From positions 6,501-70,500 of the forward strand of contig PLMU01000003.1 of NCBI GenBank assembly GCA_003142595.1: DNA of 64,000 bases, written 5' to 3'. Each line of letters opens with the position of its first letter. Position 1 is the first letter of the stretch. The translations under genes were made by a program, and so were the position numbers. Below the pieces are notes generated by a model, which was not told the DNA's origin, did not search any database, and saw only the letters and a list, made by a program, of their open reading frames with translations. The DNA comes from Phycisphaerales bacterium (GTDB taxonomy: Bacteria; Planctomycetota; Phycisphaerae; Sedimentisphaerales; UBA12454). Of this stretch, positions 54,311-64,000 are shown one piece after another.

Positions 54311-55207
54311 TTATCTAAGAAAATCTTTAATCTGCGAAAAGACTTCCTGACGTATTTTTTCGGATTCATTAAATAATTCGTGGCGGCAGTTTTCAATCAA
54401 TTCTATTTCGTAATTTTCAAATTTAGACTGAATAAACCTGATATTGTGCCGCCAATTAATAATGTTATCTTTTAAGCCCTGGATGACCAGTATCGGGCGA
54501 GCGGAAGTTTTCGCATCGGCAATCCTTCGGTCCCATTTAAACATAGCACCAACCCATTTTAGAGAAATCTTTTTGGCCTGCAGCGGATCTTTGTATTTTA
54601 CAAATTTTAAAAATTCTTCATCAGAAGAAACCCTGCGAAAGACTCTGGGCACAAACCTGCTAAACAAGCGGCTTATCAAAAACCCGATTTTTTCCAATAC
54701 CCACCAGTCGGTCCGTTCTAATGGTGCTGTTAAAATCACTTTATCAAAGCAATCATCCCTGCTTGTGCTGAGCCGGGTCGAAGCACCTTCGAGCAGATAT
54801 TCCAATATTATCGCGGCGCCGGTGCTGTGGCCGATTATATGGAACGGGGCGTGTAATTTTGGTTTTATTGTCTTTAAAAAATCGCTTAGCGATTGGCTGT
54901 ATTGCGCGAAATCGTCAATCGACGTAGTCTCACCTGAAGACAGGCCGTGGCCGGGCAAATCATAAACGGCAACGGCAAAACCTGCTTCAACCAGATATTT
55001 GATAAGTTTAGCGAGCAAGCCGCAATGATTCAAATAGCCGTGAAGAATAACTACTGTCGCTTTGTAATCTTTTGGTTTAAAAGTATGGCCTGCCAATTCA
55101 AAGTCGTTTGATTTAAACTGGACAAATTCGTGCGAAGCAACAGCGATGTTGAGGCCGTAAAACTTAAGATAACTTTCAATTGAATCAAAGTAGCGATTAT
55201 TAAGCAT
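54311..55207 (-). CDS. alpha/beta hydrolase (lysophospholipase/monoglyceride lipase-like)
   Basis: VVILHGYLNH, GHSTGA nucleophile elbow and a C-terminal H in CRHELFNE. Confidence 0.8.
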   Translation of the reverse strand: MLNNRYFDSIESYLKFYGLNIAVASHEFVQFKSNDFELAGHTFKPKDYKATVVILHGYLNHCGLLAKLIKYLVEAGFAVAVYDLPGHGLSSGETTSIDDFAQYSQSLSDFLKTIKPKLHAPFHIIGHSTGAAIILEYLLEGASTRLSTSRDDCFDKVILTAPLERTDWWVLEKIGFLISRLFSRFVPRVFRRVSSDEEFLKFVKYKDPLQAKKISLKWVGAMFKWDRRIADAKTSARPILVIQGLKDNIINWRHNIRFIQSKFENYEIELIENCRHELFNESEKIRQEVFSQIKDFLR

Positions 55208-55604
55208 CTTTAGCCTTGTTTTTCATTTCGAATATACGGACGATGACATAGGCCACCAGCGCAACCACAAAGAAAACCAAAAGCATCCACGCGATACCCT
55301 GAAGTGTTTCGATTATTGTTCGATAAATTTCCAGCACCCAGCGTTCTGTGGTCAACTGGACTATTTCAGCTTCTTTATAAAATTGTGGTTTTGTGATATA
55401 CTTTTCGAGATTCCATATTCTTACACCGCTGGAGATACCGGTAACGTATATGGCGAATTTAAGATATTTCGACCATGCTTTGCTTATCTGGTCAGAGATG
55501 ATTCGGTCGAGAATGTTATCCAGCGGCCGGCTGAAAAATAAAACTACAATCGTTGAGACAACAAACGCAATTACAAACGTCGCAGCTAATAGTGTGATAA
55601 ACAT
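55200..55604 (-). CDS. hypothetical membrane protein
   Basis: Start at the ATG at 55604 after AAAGGAG. TM helices at both ends. 8-nt overlap with the hydrolase gene. Confidence 0.5.
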   Translation of the reverse strand: MFITLLAATFVIAFVVSTIVVLFFSRPLDNILDRIISDQISKAWSKYLKFAIYVTGISSGVRIWNLEKYITKPQFYKEAEIVQLTTERWVLEIYRTIIETLQGIAWMLLVFFVVALVAYVIVRIFEMKNKAKDA

Positions 55605-55640
55605 TTTTTCTCCTTTCAATAATTCGTTAATACTATTGTA

Positions 55641-56012
55641 TCATACGCTGCTTTTCTTTGAAATCTGTTTTAAATACCAACTAATCAAATACAGAATAGC
55701 AGTTAGTTCAAAACATCCAAAGAACAAGTTCAGAAAAAATTTTCGCTCTACGATGTGAAATACAATCATACCTGCAATGATTAAAATACCGCCAATGCCC
55801 TGCCATTTAAGCCCGATAAGTAAACCGAGGAATATGCCGAACATTGCAAACGTCTCGGCTGCCTCCGGCAACGACCCAGCGAACGGATTAGGCGGACCGC
55901 CCTGGCCTATCGCAAAGGCCAGCAGCAGAGCAGCCAAAAGGCCTGCAATTATTCTGGCCATCCAGCAGACGGCAGGAATCCAAAACCTTCGAGATGTAAA
56001 AAGGTCATTCAC
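55641..56012 (-). CDS. hypothetical 4-TM membrane protein
   Basis: Track ORF in the same operon orientation. Hydrophobic segments throughout. Confidence 0.5.
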   Translation of the reverse strand: MNDLFTSRRFWIPAVCWMARIIAGLLAALLLAFAIGQGGPPNPFAGSLPEAAETFAMFGIFLGLLIGLKWQGIGGILIIAGMIVFHIVERKFFLNLFFGCFELTAILYLISWYLKQISKKSSV

Positions 56013-56067
56013 TTTTAAATCCTTTCATATATATTGTTAATACATTAACTATTTTATTAAAATTTTT

Positions 56068-56541
56068 TTATTTCCTCAAATTCGTTCTCACTTTTTCAAG
56101 AGTTGTTATCAGTTTTTTCAGTTCGGACTGATTGAAGCCGGTCATTGCCTGTTTTATCTGCTTCAAATAAACAGGTTCGGCTTTTTCAAACGCTTTTTTG
56201 CCTTTGGCGGTCAGCTTGATAATATTCGTCCGCCTGTCATCAGAATCGCTTGTGCGAACGACCATTGCTGTTTTTTCCATTCTATCTATCAGTGTCGTTA
56301 TATTGGCGCGGTTGACAAGCATCATATCGCTTAGTTGTGCCTGGCTAAGACCGAATTCATCGCCTCCCTGATAAGTAAGAAGCATTAAAACATTAAACTG
56401 GACATCCGTCAGGTCCAGCGATTTAAAAAACTCATCGGCACTTTTCTTCAGGCCCGTTGCCGTATAGTAGATATTCAGCACCGCTTCGTGCTCGAGCATC
56501 TCGAACCCTCTTTTCAATTTTAATTCTTCTTTAAGTGCCAT
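56068..56541 (-). CDS. MarR-family transcriptional regulator
   Basis: Start at the ATG at 56541. Winged-helix region LSQAQLSDMMLVNRANITTLIDRMEK....R..D..DRR. Confidence 0.8.
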   Translation of the reverse strand: MALKEELKLKRGFEMLEHEAVLNIYYTATGLKKSADEFFKSLDLTDVQFNVLMLLTYQGGDEFGLSQAQLSDMMLVNRANITTLIDRMEKTAMVVRTSDSDDRRTNIIKLTAKGKKAFEKAEPVYLKQIKQAMTGFNQSELKKLITTLEKVRTNLRK

Positions 56542-56709
56542 AATTAACTTTCCATGATTTATTGTTAATATATAAACTATATACATACTAACAAATTGTC
56601 AATAAAAATTTTTAAGTTTTTTAAATAATTTTTAATTCAAACTACTGTTTGCCTCTTGAAATATGCGGCAAAGCCATATAAAATATAAACTTACCAAAAA
56701 TGGATTAAA

Positions 56710-57309
56710 GTGTCTGGAATAAGTATGCCAGCTGAAAAAAACCAATTTATTCTCGCATCCGCATCGCCGCGAAGAAAGGACCTGCTTACAAAGGCAGGCT
56801 ACAAATTCGATATAATTGTCTCAGATGTGGATGAATCCGCCCTGCCGTTAAAAGGAGTATCGCCCGCGGAATTTGCGTGCAATGCCGCTATCGCCAAGGC
56901 AAATGATATAGCCCGGCGATTTAAAAACAGGCTCGTAGTCGCCGCCGATACTGTAGTGGACTATAACGGCGAAATTATCGGCAAAGCCCAAGACGTTAAA
57001 CACGCAGAAGAAATAACGAGAAAGCTTTTTAGCGGGCCGCACAAGGTTATAACCGCAATCGCAATGGTTAAAAAAGATATCGGCCTTGAAAAAGTAGAAT
57101 ACGACTCGACAACTGTTTATCCTACAGGAATGAGTGAAAAGCAAATCGAGGAACATATCGCATCGGACGTCTGGAAAGGCAAGGCCGGTGCCTACGGAAT
57201 CCAGGAAGGCGGCGATAAATTTATCGACCATATTGAAGGCAGCGAAACCAACGTTATGGGCTTCAGTATGGAATTATTTGAAAAAATGATAAAAAAAGTT
57301 CACTTTTAA
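56710..57309 (+). CDS. maf: Maf-family nucleoside triphosphate pyrophosphatase
   Basis: ILASASPRRKDLL, the AADTVV motif and KAGAYGIQ. The start is ambiguous (GTG at 56710 or ATG at 56725). Confidence 0.85.
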   Translation: MSGISMPAEKNQFILASASPRRKDLLTKAGYKFDIIVSDVDESALPLKGVSPAEFACNAAIAKANDIARRFKNRLVVAADTVVDYNGEIIGKAQDVKHAEEITRKLFSGPHKVITAIAMVKKDIGLEKVEYDSTTVYPTGMSEKQIEEHIASDVWKGKAGAYGIQEGGDKFIDHIEGSETNVMGFSMELFEKMIKKVHF

Positions 57310-57464
57310 AAATAATCGGGCTTTATAACTCCATAAATACAAATAACTTGTATAATAAGATGACGTATATAATATAGATTAAAGGGCATTGCATTATAAA
57401 TGTAATTATGCTAATATGGGCAAACTTGTATTTGTAATAATATTTTTTCATTCAGGAACTAAAA

Positions 57465-58736
57465 ATGGCCGGAATGTTTTACACATTGCAGGAAGTCATC
57501 GAAAAGCTCGGCAAGACCGAAGCTGAAATTAAAGTATTTGTCAGAGAAGGCAGGCTTCGCGAATTTCGCGACGGAGCAAAACAGCTTTACAAGACTGAAG
57601 ATGTCGACGCACTGTTGGGCTCTGCTGCAAAGCACGATACAGCGATACTCGACGACTCGCTTCAGATTTCCATAGATGAAACCGGAGACGTATCTCTTGC
57701 ACCCGAAGAGCTCGATGCTCTTATGAATCAGGACACCTCCAAAGGTAAGACAAAGAAAATGGATATCCAGCTTGATGAGACCGGAGAGCTTCTGGCTGAA
57801 GAGACGCTGGGCGGCACACCGAAAAAACCTTCTAAAGAAAAAACCCGCAAACCGAAAGCGGATGATGAAATCGAGCTTATGCCCGCCGAAAGCACAAATG
57901 CAGGAACAAAGGCCCCATCAAAACCCGCTTCAGACAGCCTTTCACTTATTGACTCCAAGCAGGGCGCGGACGTATCAAACGAAGATACCAGAATTTCGCC
58001 AGGCGGCGACAGCATAAACGTATTAAGCGAAAGCGAGGGCGATTTCAAAATCTCCGACGATACAAGCAGCAAAACAAAAATGATGCAGCCGAAACCGAAA
58101 GCTCTTGACGCAAAAGGCGGCGGTGGAAGACTTGATGACGACGTTAATCTCGACGCAGGCGGAAGCGGTTCAGGGCTTCTGGACCTTTCGCTGCAGGCCG
58201 ATGATACATCTTTGGGTGCTGTGCTCGATGATATTTATCCTGAAAGTCCCGGCGGTACACCGGCCGCAGGGCAAACTCCTGGCGCGGGAGTCGCGGTAGA
58301 AGCCGAAGCAGAAAAAATTCTCGAACAGCCGGAATCCGCCGAAATTCCCCAAGGCACTGTTCCGCAGGAGGCCGCAGTGCCAGCCGGCGCGGTATTTGCC
58401 GTCGAAGCGCCGCCGGACAGTTCCAGCAATATTTTCGGTATTATCCTTTTTGTGCCTCTTATCGTTCTTACATATACTACCATAGTTGTAATCTCCGGCT
58501 ATAAACCCATATTAAATCTCCAAATATCATCCTCTATTGAGCCTATGATCTGGTATTTTGCCGCAGGTATCGCTGCAGTAGTGGTTTTGGTCGCTCTTAT
58601 CGGCTCTTTTTCCGGCAAAGGCGGTCCTAAAAAGCCTAAAGCTCCAAAAGAGCCTAAAGTCAAAAAAGTCAAACCTCCGAAGGAAAAAAAGGGTAAAAAA
58701 GGCGCCGAGCAGCCCCCTGCCGCCGAAGCCAAATAG
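57465..58736 (+). CDS. hypothetical protein: N-terminal HTH-like domain, long acidic disordered region, two TM helices, Lys-rich tail
   Basis: MFYTLQEVIEKLGKTEAEIKVFVREGRL resembles an excisionase/MerR-type HTH. This is followed by D/E/S/P-rich low complexity, then the TM pair IFGIILFVPLIVLTY... and a PKKPKAPKEPK tail. Confidence 0.55.
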   Translation: MAGMFYTLQEVIEKLGKTEAEIKVFVREGRLREFRDGAKQLYKTEDVDALLGSAAKHDTAILDDSLQISIDETGDVSLAPEELDALMNQDTSKGKTKKMDIQLDETGELLAEETLGGTPKKPSKEKTRKPKADDEIELMPAESTNAGTKAPSKPASDSLSLIDSKQGADVSNEDTRISPGGDSINVLSESEGDFKISDDTSSKTKMMQPKPKALDAKGGGGRLDDDVNLDAGGSGSGLLDLSLQADDTSLGAVLDDIYPESPGGTPAAGQTPGAGVAVEAEAEKILEQPESAEIPQGTVPQEAAVPAGAVFAVEAPPDSSSNIFGIILFVPLIVLTYTTIVVISGYKPILNLQISSSIEPMIWYFAAGIAAVVVLVALIGSFSGKGGPKKPKAPKEPKVKKVKPPKEKKGKKGAEQPPAAEAK

Positions 58737-58878
58737 TTAATCTGCCTGAAGTTAACGAGGATATTTTTTCGTCAAATTTTTCTCTGGCATTTCTACGTGC
58801 TTGTGATAGATTTTATTTCCTATTTGGTTTAATTAATAAAAAGGGATTACTGGTTTTTGTCAGGAAAGGACAAATAAA

Positions 58879-59661
58879 ATGCAAACTAAAAACATAATAT
58901 GCCTTCTTGTTGTATCGCTCACCGTCGCTCTGCTGGCCGGCGGCTGCAACTCTCAGCAACAATACGATGACGTGAAGCTGCGAAATCAAAGTCAACAACA
59001 GAGAATAGACGAACTCGAAAGCCAGCTTAATGTAACAAAATTAAAACTTACGCAAACCGAGAAACAACTCGCTGAACTGCAGGCGTCATCTGCTGCGGAT
59101 ATCGATGCACTGAACAAAAAAATCGAAGCGCTGCAGAACGATATCACAAAGAAAGAAGAATTGATTAAGACGCTGCAGGCTTCACTGGGCGGCGCTGTTC
59201 TTCCGCCGGAACTTGCCAGCGAACTGCTGAAGTTCGCCGCTGAAAACCCGGATATGGTTACCTTCGATGAAGCGACCGGAATGGTTAAATTCAAGAGCGA
59301 CCTGCTGTTTGAAAAAGGCAGCGACGTGGTTGCGCCTCAAGCGGCCGAATTGATGAAAAAGCTTAGTGAAATCATCAACTCGAAAGCCGCCGAAGGCTTC
59401 GATGTTATAATCGTCGGCCATACCGATGATATTCCGATTAAAAAATCAGATACTATGACTATGCATCCGACAAACTGGCATCTGTCAGTGCACAGAGCTA
59501 TCGCTGTTGAAAAACTTATGGAATCAGAAGGCGTAAAGCCGACACGATTGGGCGTAAAGGGCTACGGCGAATACAGGCCTCTTGAAGCCAACGAAGCAGG
59601 CAAAAAAGGTAATGCAAAGAACAGACGCGTTGAAATTTATCTTGTGCCGGCCGGAAAATAA
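58879..59661 (+). CDS. OmpA/MotB-family lipoprotein with N-terminal coiled coil
   Basis: Lipobox LLAGGC. Coiled-coil heptads. The C-terminal peptidoglycan-binding domain has GHTD....N..LS..RA and NRRVEIYL. Confidence 0.8.
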   Translation: MQTKNIICLLVVSLTVALLAGGCNSQQQYDDVKLRNQSQQQRIDELESQLNVTKLKLTQTEKQLAELQASSAADIDALNKKIEALQNDITKKEELIKTLQASLGGAVLPPELASELLKFAAENPDMVTFDEATGMVKFKSDLLFEKGSDVVAPQAAELMKKLSEIINSKAAEGFDVIIVGHTDDIPIKKSDTMTMHPTNWHLSVHRAIAVEKLMESEGVKPTRLGVKGYGEYRPLEANEAGKKGNAKNRRVEIYLVPAGK

Positions 59662-59681
59662 TTTTTAGTGAAAAGATAAAT

Positions 59682-59721
59682 ATCCCGCACCTGAATAAAT
59701 TCCTTTAGGTGCGGGATTTTA
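59682..59721 (+). terminator. intrinsic terminator
   Basis: ATCCCGCACCT-loop-AGGTGCGGGAT (11-bp stem) followed by TTTT. Confidence 0.75.
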
Positions 59722-59728
59722 TATTGAT

Positions 59729-60175
59729 ATGAACGAAAGAACCTTAATAATCATAAAACCGGATGGTATGCAGCGGCGGCTTGCCGGCGAAATTATCGGC
59801 CGGTTCGAGAAAAAAGGCCTCAAAATCGTCGCAGCCAAATTCCTCCAGATTGGCCTCGAACTTGCTAAAAAACACTACGCTGTGCATAAAGGAAAAGATT
59901 TTTTCGACGGGGCAGTAAAATATATATCTTCCGGGCCGGTGCTTGTAATGGTTCTGGAAGGTGAAAAAGTTATTGAAATTACCAGAAAAATGATGGGAGC
60001 AACCTTCGGCTACAACGCCGAGCCGGGAACAATCCGCGGCGACTTCGGCACATCACAAACTTTCAATCTCATCCACGGCTCAGATTCCCCCGAAACCGCC
60101 AAATATGAAATCGGCCTGTATTTTAAGCCTGATGAGATTCTCGATTATCAAATGCCCGACCAAAAGTGGGTATAA
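59729..60175 (+). CDS. ndk: nucleoside diphosphate kinase
   Basis: ERTLIIIKPDG and NLIHGSD (active-site His). Confidence 0.95.
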   Translation: MNERTLIIIKPDGMQRRLAGEIIGRFEKKGLKIVAAKFLQIGLELAKKHYAVHKGKDFFDGAVKYISSGPVLVMVLEGEKVIEITRKMMGATFGYNAEPGTIRGDFGTSQTFNLIHGSDSPETAKYEIGLYFKPDEILDYQMPDQKWV

Positions 60176-62214
<2,039 letters not shown>

Positions 62215-62215
<1 letters not shown>

Positions 62216-63282
62216 TGGCCGCAGATATAAATTTTATGAAATCTGCGATGCTCCTTGCAAGAAAAGGCCTCGGCAATGTTGAGCCGAATCCTGCGGTCGG
62301 ATGCGTAATTGTAAAAAACGGCAAAATCATCGGCAAAGGGTGGCACAAAAAATTCGGCGGGCCGCACGCGGAAATAAACGCATTGAAAAACTGCAAAAAG
62401 TCCCCTGCCGGGGCAACAATGTATGTAACACTTGAGCCGTGCTGCCATTTCGGAAAAACGCCGCCTTGCACAAACGCGATTATTAAAGCAGGTATTAAAA
62501 AAGTCGTCGCCGCAGTCCAGGACCCGACAAGGAAAGTGGCCGGCAAAGGTTTTAAAATCCTGAAAAAAGCAGGAATTGAAGTTAAAACTGAAATCTGCAA
62601 AACGGAAGCTGAAAAATTAAACGCTCCGTTTTTCAAATTCGCCAAAACAAAAAAACCATGGGTAATTATCAAATGGGCGCAAAGTTCTGATGGTTTTTTG
62701 TCGCGAAACGATAAAAAACGATGGATAACTAACTCAGCAAGCAGAAAAGACGTTCAAAAAACCAGAAAAAAAGTCCAGGCAATCCTCGTCGGCATAAATA
62801 CCGTTCTTGCAGATGACCCAATGCTCACAGTAAGACCCGACAGAGGCAAACAACCATTAAGAGTTGTTTTAGACAGCCAATTAAAGATTCCGCGAAACTG
62901 CAATTTAATTAAAACTGCGGAAAAAACGCCGGTTTGTATCTTTACGACAACTAATAAAACAAAAATAAAACAAAAAGGCGTTGAAATCATAAAAATTGGA
63001 AAATATAAAGGCGAAACAGACCTTAAAGCAGTGCTCGCCGAACTTGGCAAAAGAAATATTCAGCAAATTCTCGTCGAAGGCGGAGAAAAAGTCATAACAT
63101 CGTTTCTCAAACGTAAACAGGCAGATGAAATTATAATTTATACTTCAAATGAAAGACTTGGCAGAAAAGGCAAAGTTAAAACTTCACAAATTATGAAAAA
63201 CCTGTATAATCGTTTCAAAATCAATCACTTCGATAAAAGATTATTCACTAAAGATGTTCGATTAACAGGTTTAACTAAATGA
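62215..63282 (+). CDS. ribD: bifunctional riboflavin biosynthesis deaminase/reductase
   Basis: HAEINAL and TLEPCCHFGKTPPC deaminase motifs. C-terminal reductase domain. Confidence 0.9.
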
Positions 63283-64000
63283 AAAAAATTGAATTACTGG
63301 GTTTGCAGACGATACCTGAAATTAAAGCGGGCGATAATCTCGCTCAAATTATTTGCGATTGCGCAAAAAGCGAAAATGTCGGCATAAATGAAAAAGACAT
63401 TCTTGTCCTGACAAGCAAAATTATTTCAAAATATCTCGGCCTGACAAGAAAAAAATCAGATGTGATAGTAAGCCAAAAAGCGATTAACATCTCCAAAAAG
63501 ACAGGCAAAGACCCGGTATGGGTCCAGATGGTTCTCGATGCCGGTCACGAGATTATAGCGGTCGTACCCCTCGGCGGCACAGTAACGGACTATATCGTTT
63601 CCGTTTCTGGCGACGCCGAAACCAGCAAAAGGCTTTGCGACAATGAAAAGTGTCTTTTCATAACCAAAGGCCCGACCGGCCGCATTCATACCTGCGATGC
63701 GGGAATCGACGGCTCAAATCATCCCGATGGAATCTTCAGCCTGTTTCCCGATAATCCGGATGGCGAAGCAGCTAAAATCAGAAAAGAAATCCAAAAAATA
63801 TCCGGCAAAAATATCGCTGTTGTTCTGGCAGATACAGAACTGGTTCTTTATGGCACTATTGATGTAGCGGTAGGCTCTTCGGGCATTAATCCCTGCTCGT
63901 TAATGTTCGGCAAAAAAGATAAATTCGGCAAACCGAAATTCGGCGGCGTCGATTTGGTCAGCTGGGAAATGACCTCCGCTTCGGCTCTTCTTTTCGGCCA
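63279..64000 (+). CDS. CofE-like (F420-0:gamma-glutamyl ligase family) protein, 3' end outside window
   Basis: Not in the ORF track because there is no stop within the window. My own translation from the ATG at 63279 (ATGA overlap with ribD) gives MKKIELLGLQTIPEIKAGDNLAQ..DILVLTSKIISK...DAGIDGSN...NPDGEAAKIRKEI..ISGKNIAVVLADT. This matches CofE motifs as I recall them. Confidence 0.7.
   Translation, partial: MKKIELLGLQTIPEIKAGDNLAQIICDCAKSENVGINEKDILVLTSKIISKYLGLTRKKSDVIVSQKAINISKKTGKDPVWVQMVLDAGHEIIAVVPLGGTVTDYIVSVSGDAETSKRLCDNEKCLFITKGPTGRIHTCDAGIDGSNHPDGIFSLFPDNPDGEAAKIRKEIQKISGKNIAVVLADTELVLYGTIDVAVGSSGINPCSLMFGKKDKFGKPKFGGVDLVSWEMTSASALLFG

Overview
This is a 64-kb chromosomal window, about 40-45% GC by eye. 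I infer a PVC-group bacterium, most likely Planctomycetota/Phycisphaerae-like. That guess rests on a DUF1559-type prepilin protein, PEP-CTERM proteins, a GxxExxY gene and split gcvPA/gcvPB; no database search was run. All calls come from reading the ORF track and the DNA by eye, and several start codons were re-chosen using Shine-Dalgarno or promoter context.

Housekeeping content: gcvT-gcvH-gcvPA-gcvPB, rpiB, aconitase, hisD, alaS, recA, thpR, gltX, pckG, ndk, ligA, ribD, rodA-like SEDS, maf and tRNA-Ser(CGA).

Most unusual content:
1. A tandem array of TMTC-like membrane glycosyltransferase (GT-C type) + TPR paralogs: five complete genes at 3957-13415, a truncated sixth at the window start, and a divergent seventh at 44662-47160. 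TPR number varies between copies. Three copies have repeated sigma70-like promoters placed for leaderless translation. A recurrent 24-nt in-frame mini-insertion is also present.
2. A GxxExxY (PD-(D/E)XK-type) gene tightly framed by three nested pairs of inverted repeats. It sits between two paralogous PEP-CTERM genes and looks like a small uncharacterised mobile cassette.
3. A dispersed intergenic triple-octamer motif.
4. Unusual domain fusions: ParA + CBM48 glycogen-binding domain, TsaC + LMW phosphatase, and pentapeptide repeats + K+ channel pore.
5. A gcvPB that appears to lack the conserved SAHGTNPA segment.
6. A GC-rich alpha/beta-hydrolase gene that looks horizontally acquired.

No CRISPR array, rRNA, recognisable transposase or prophage was seen.
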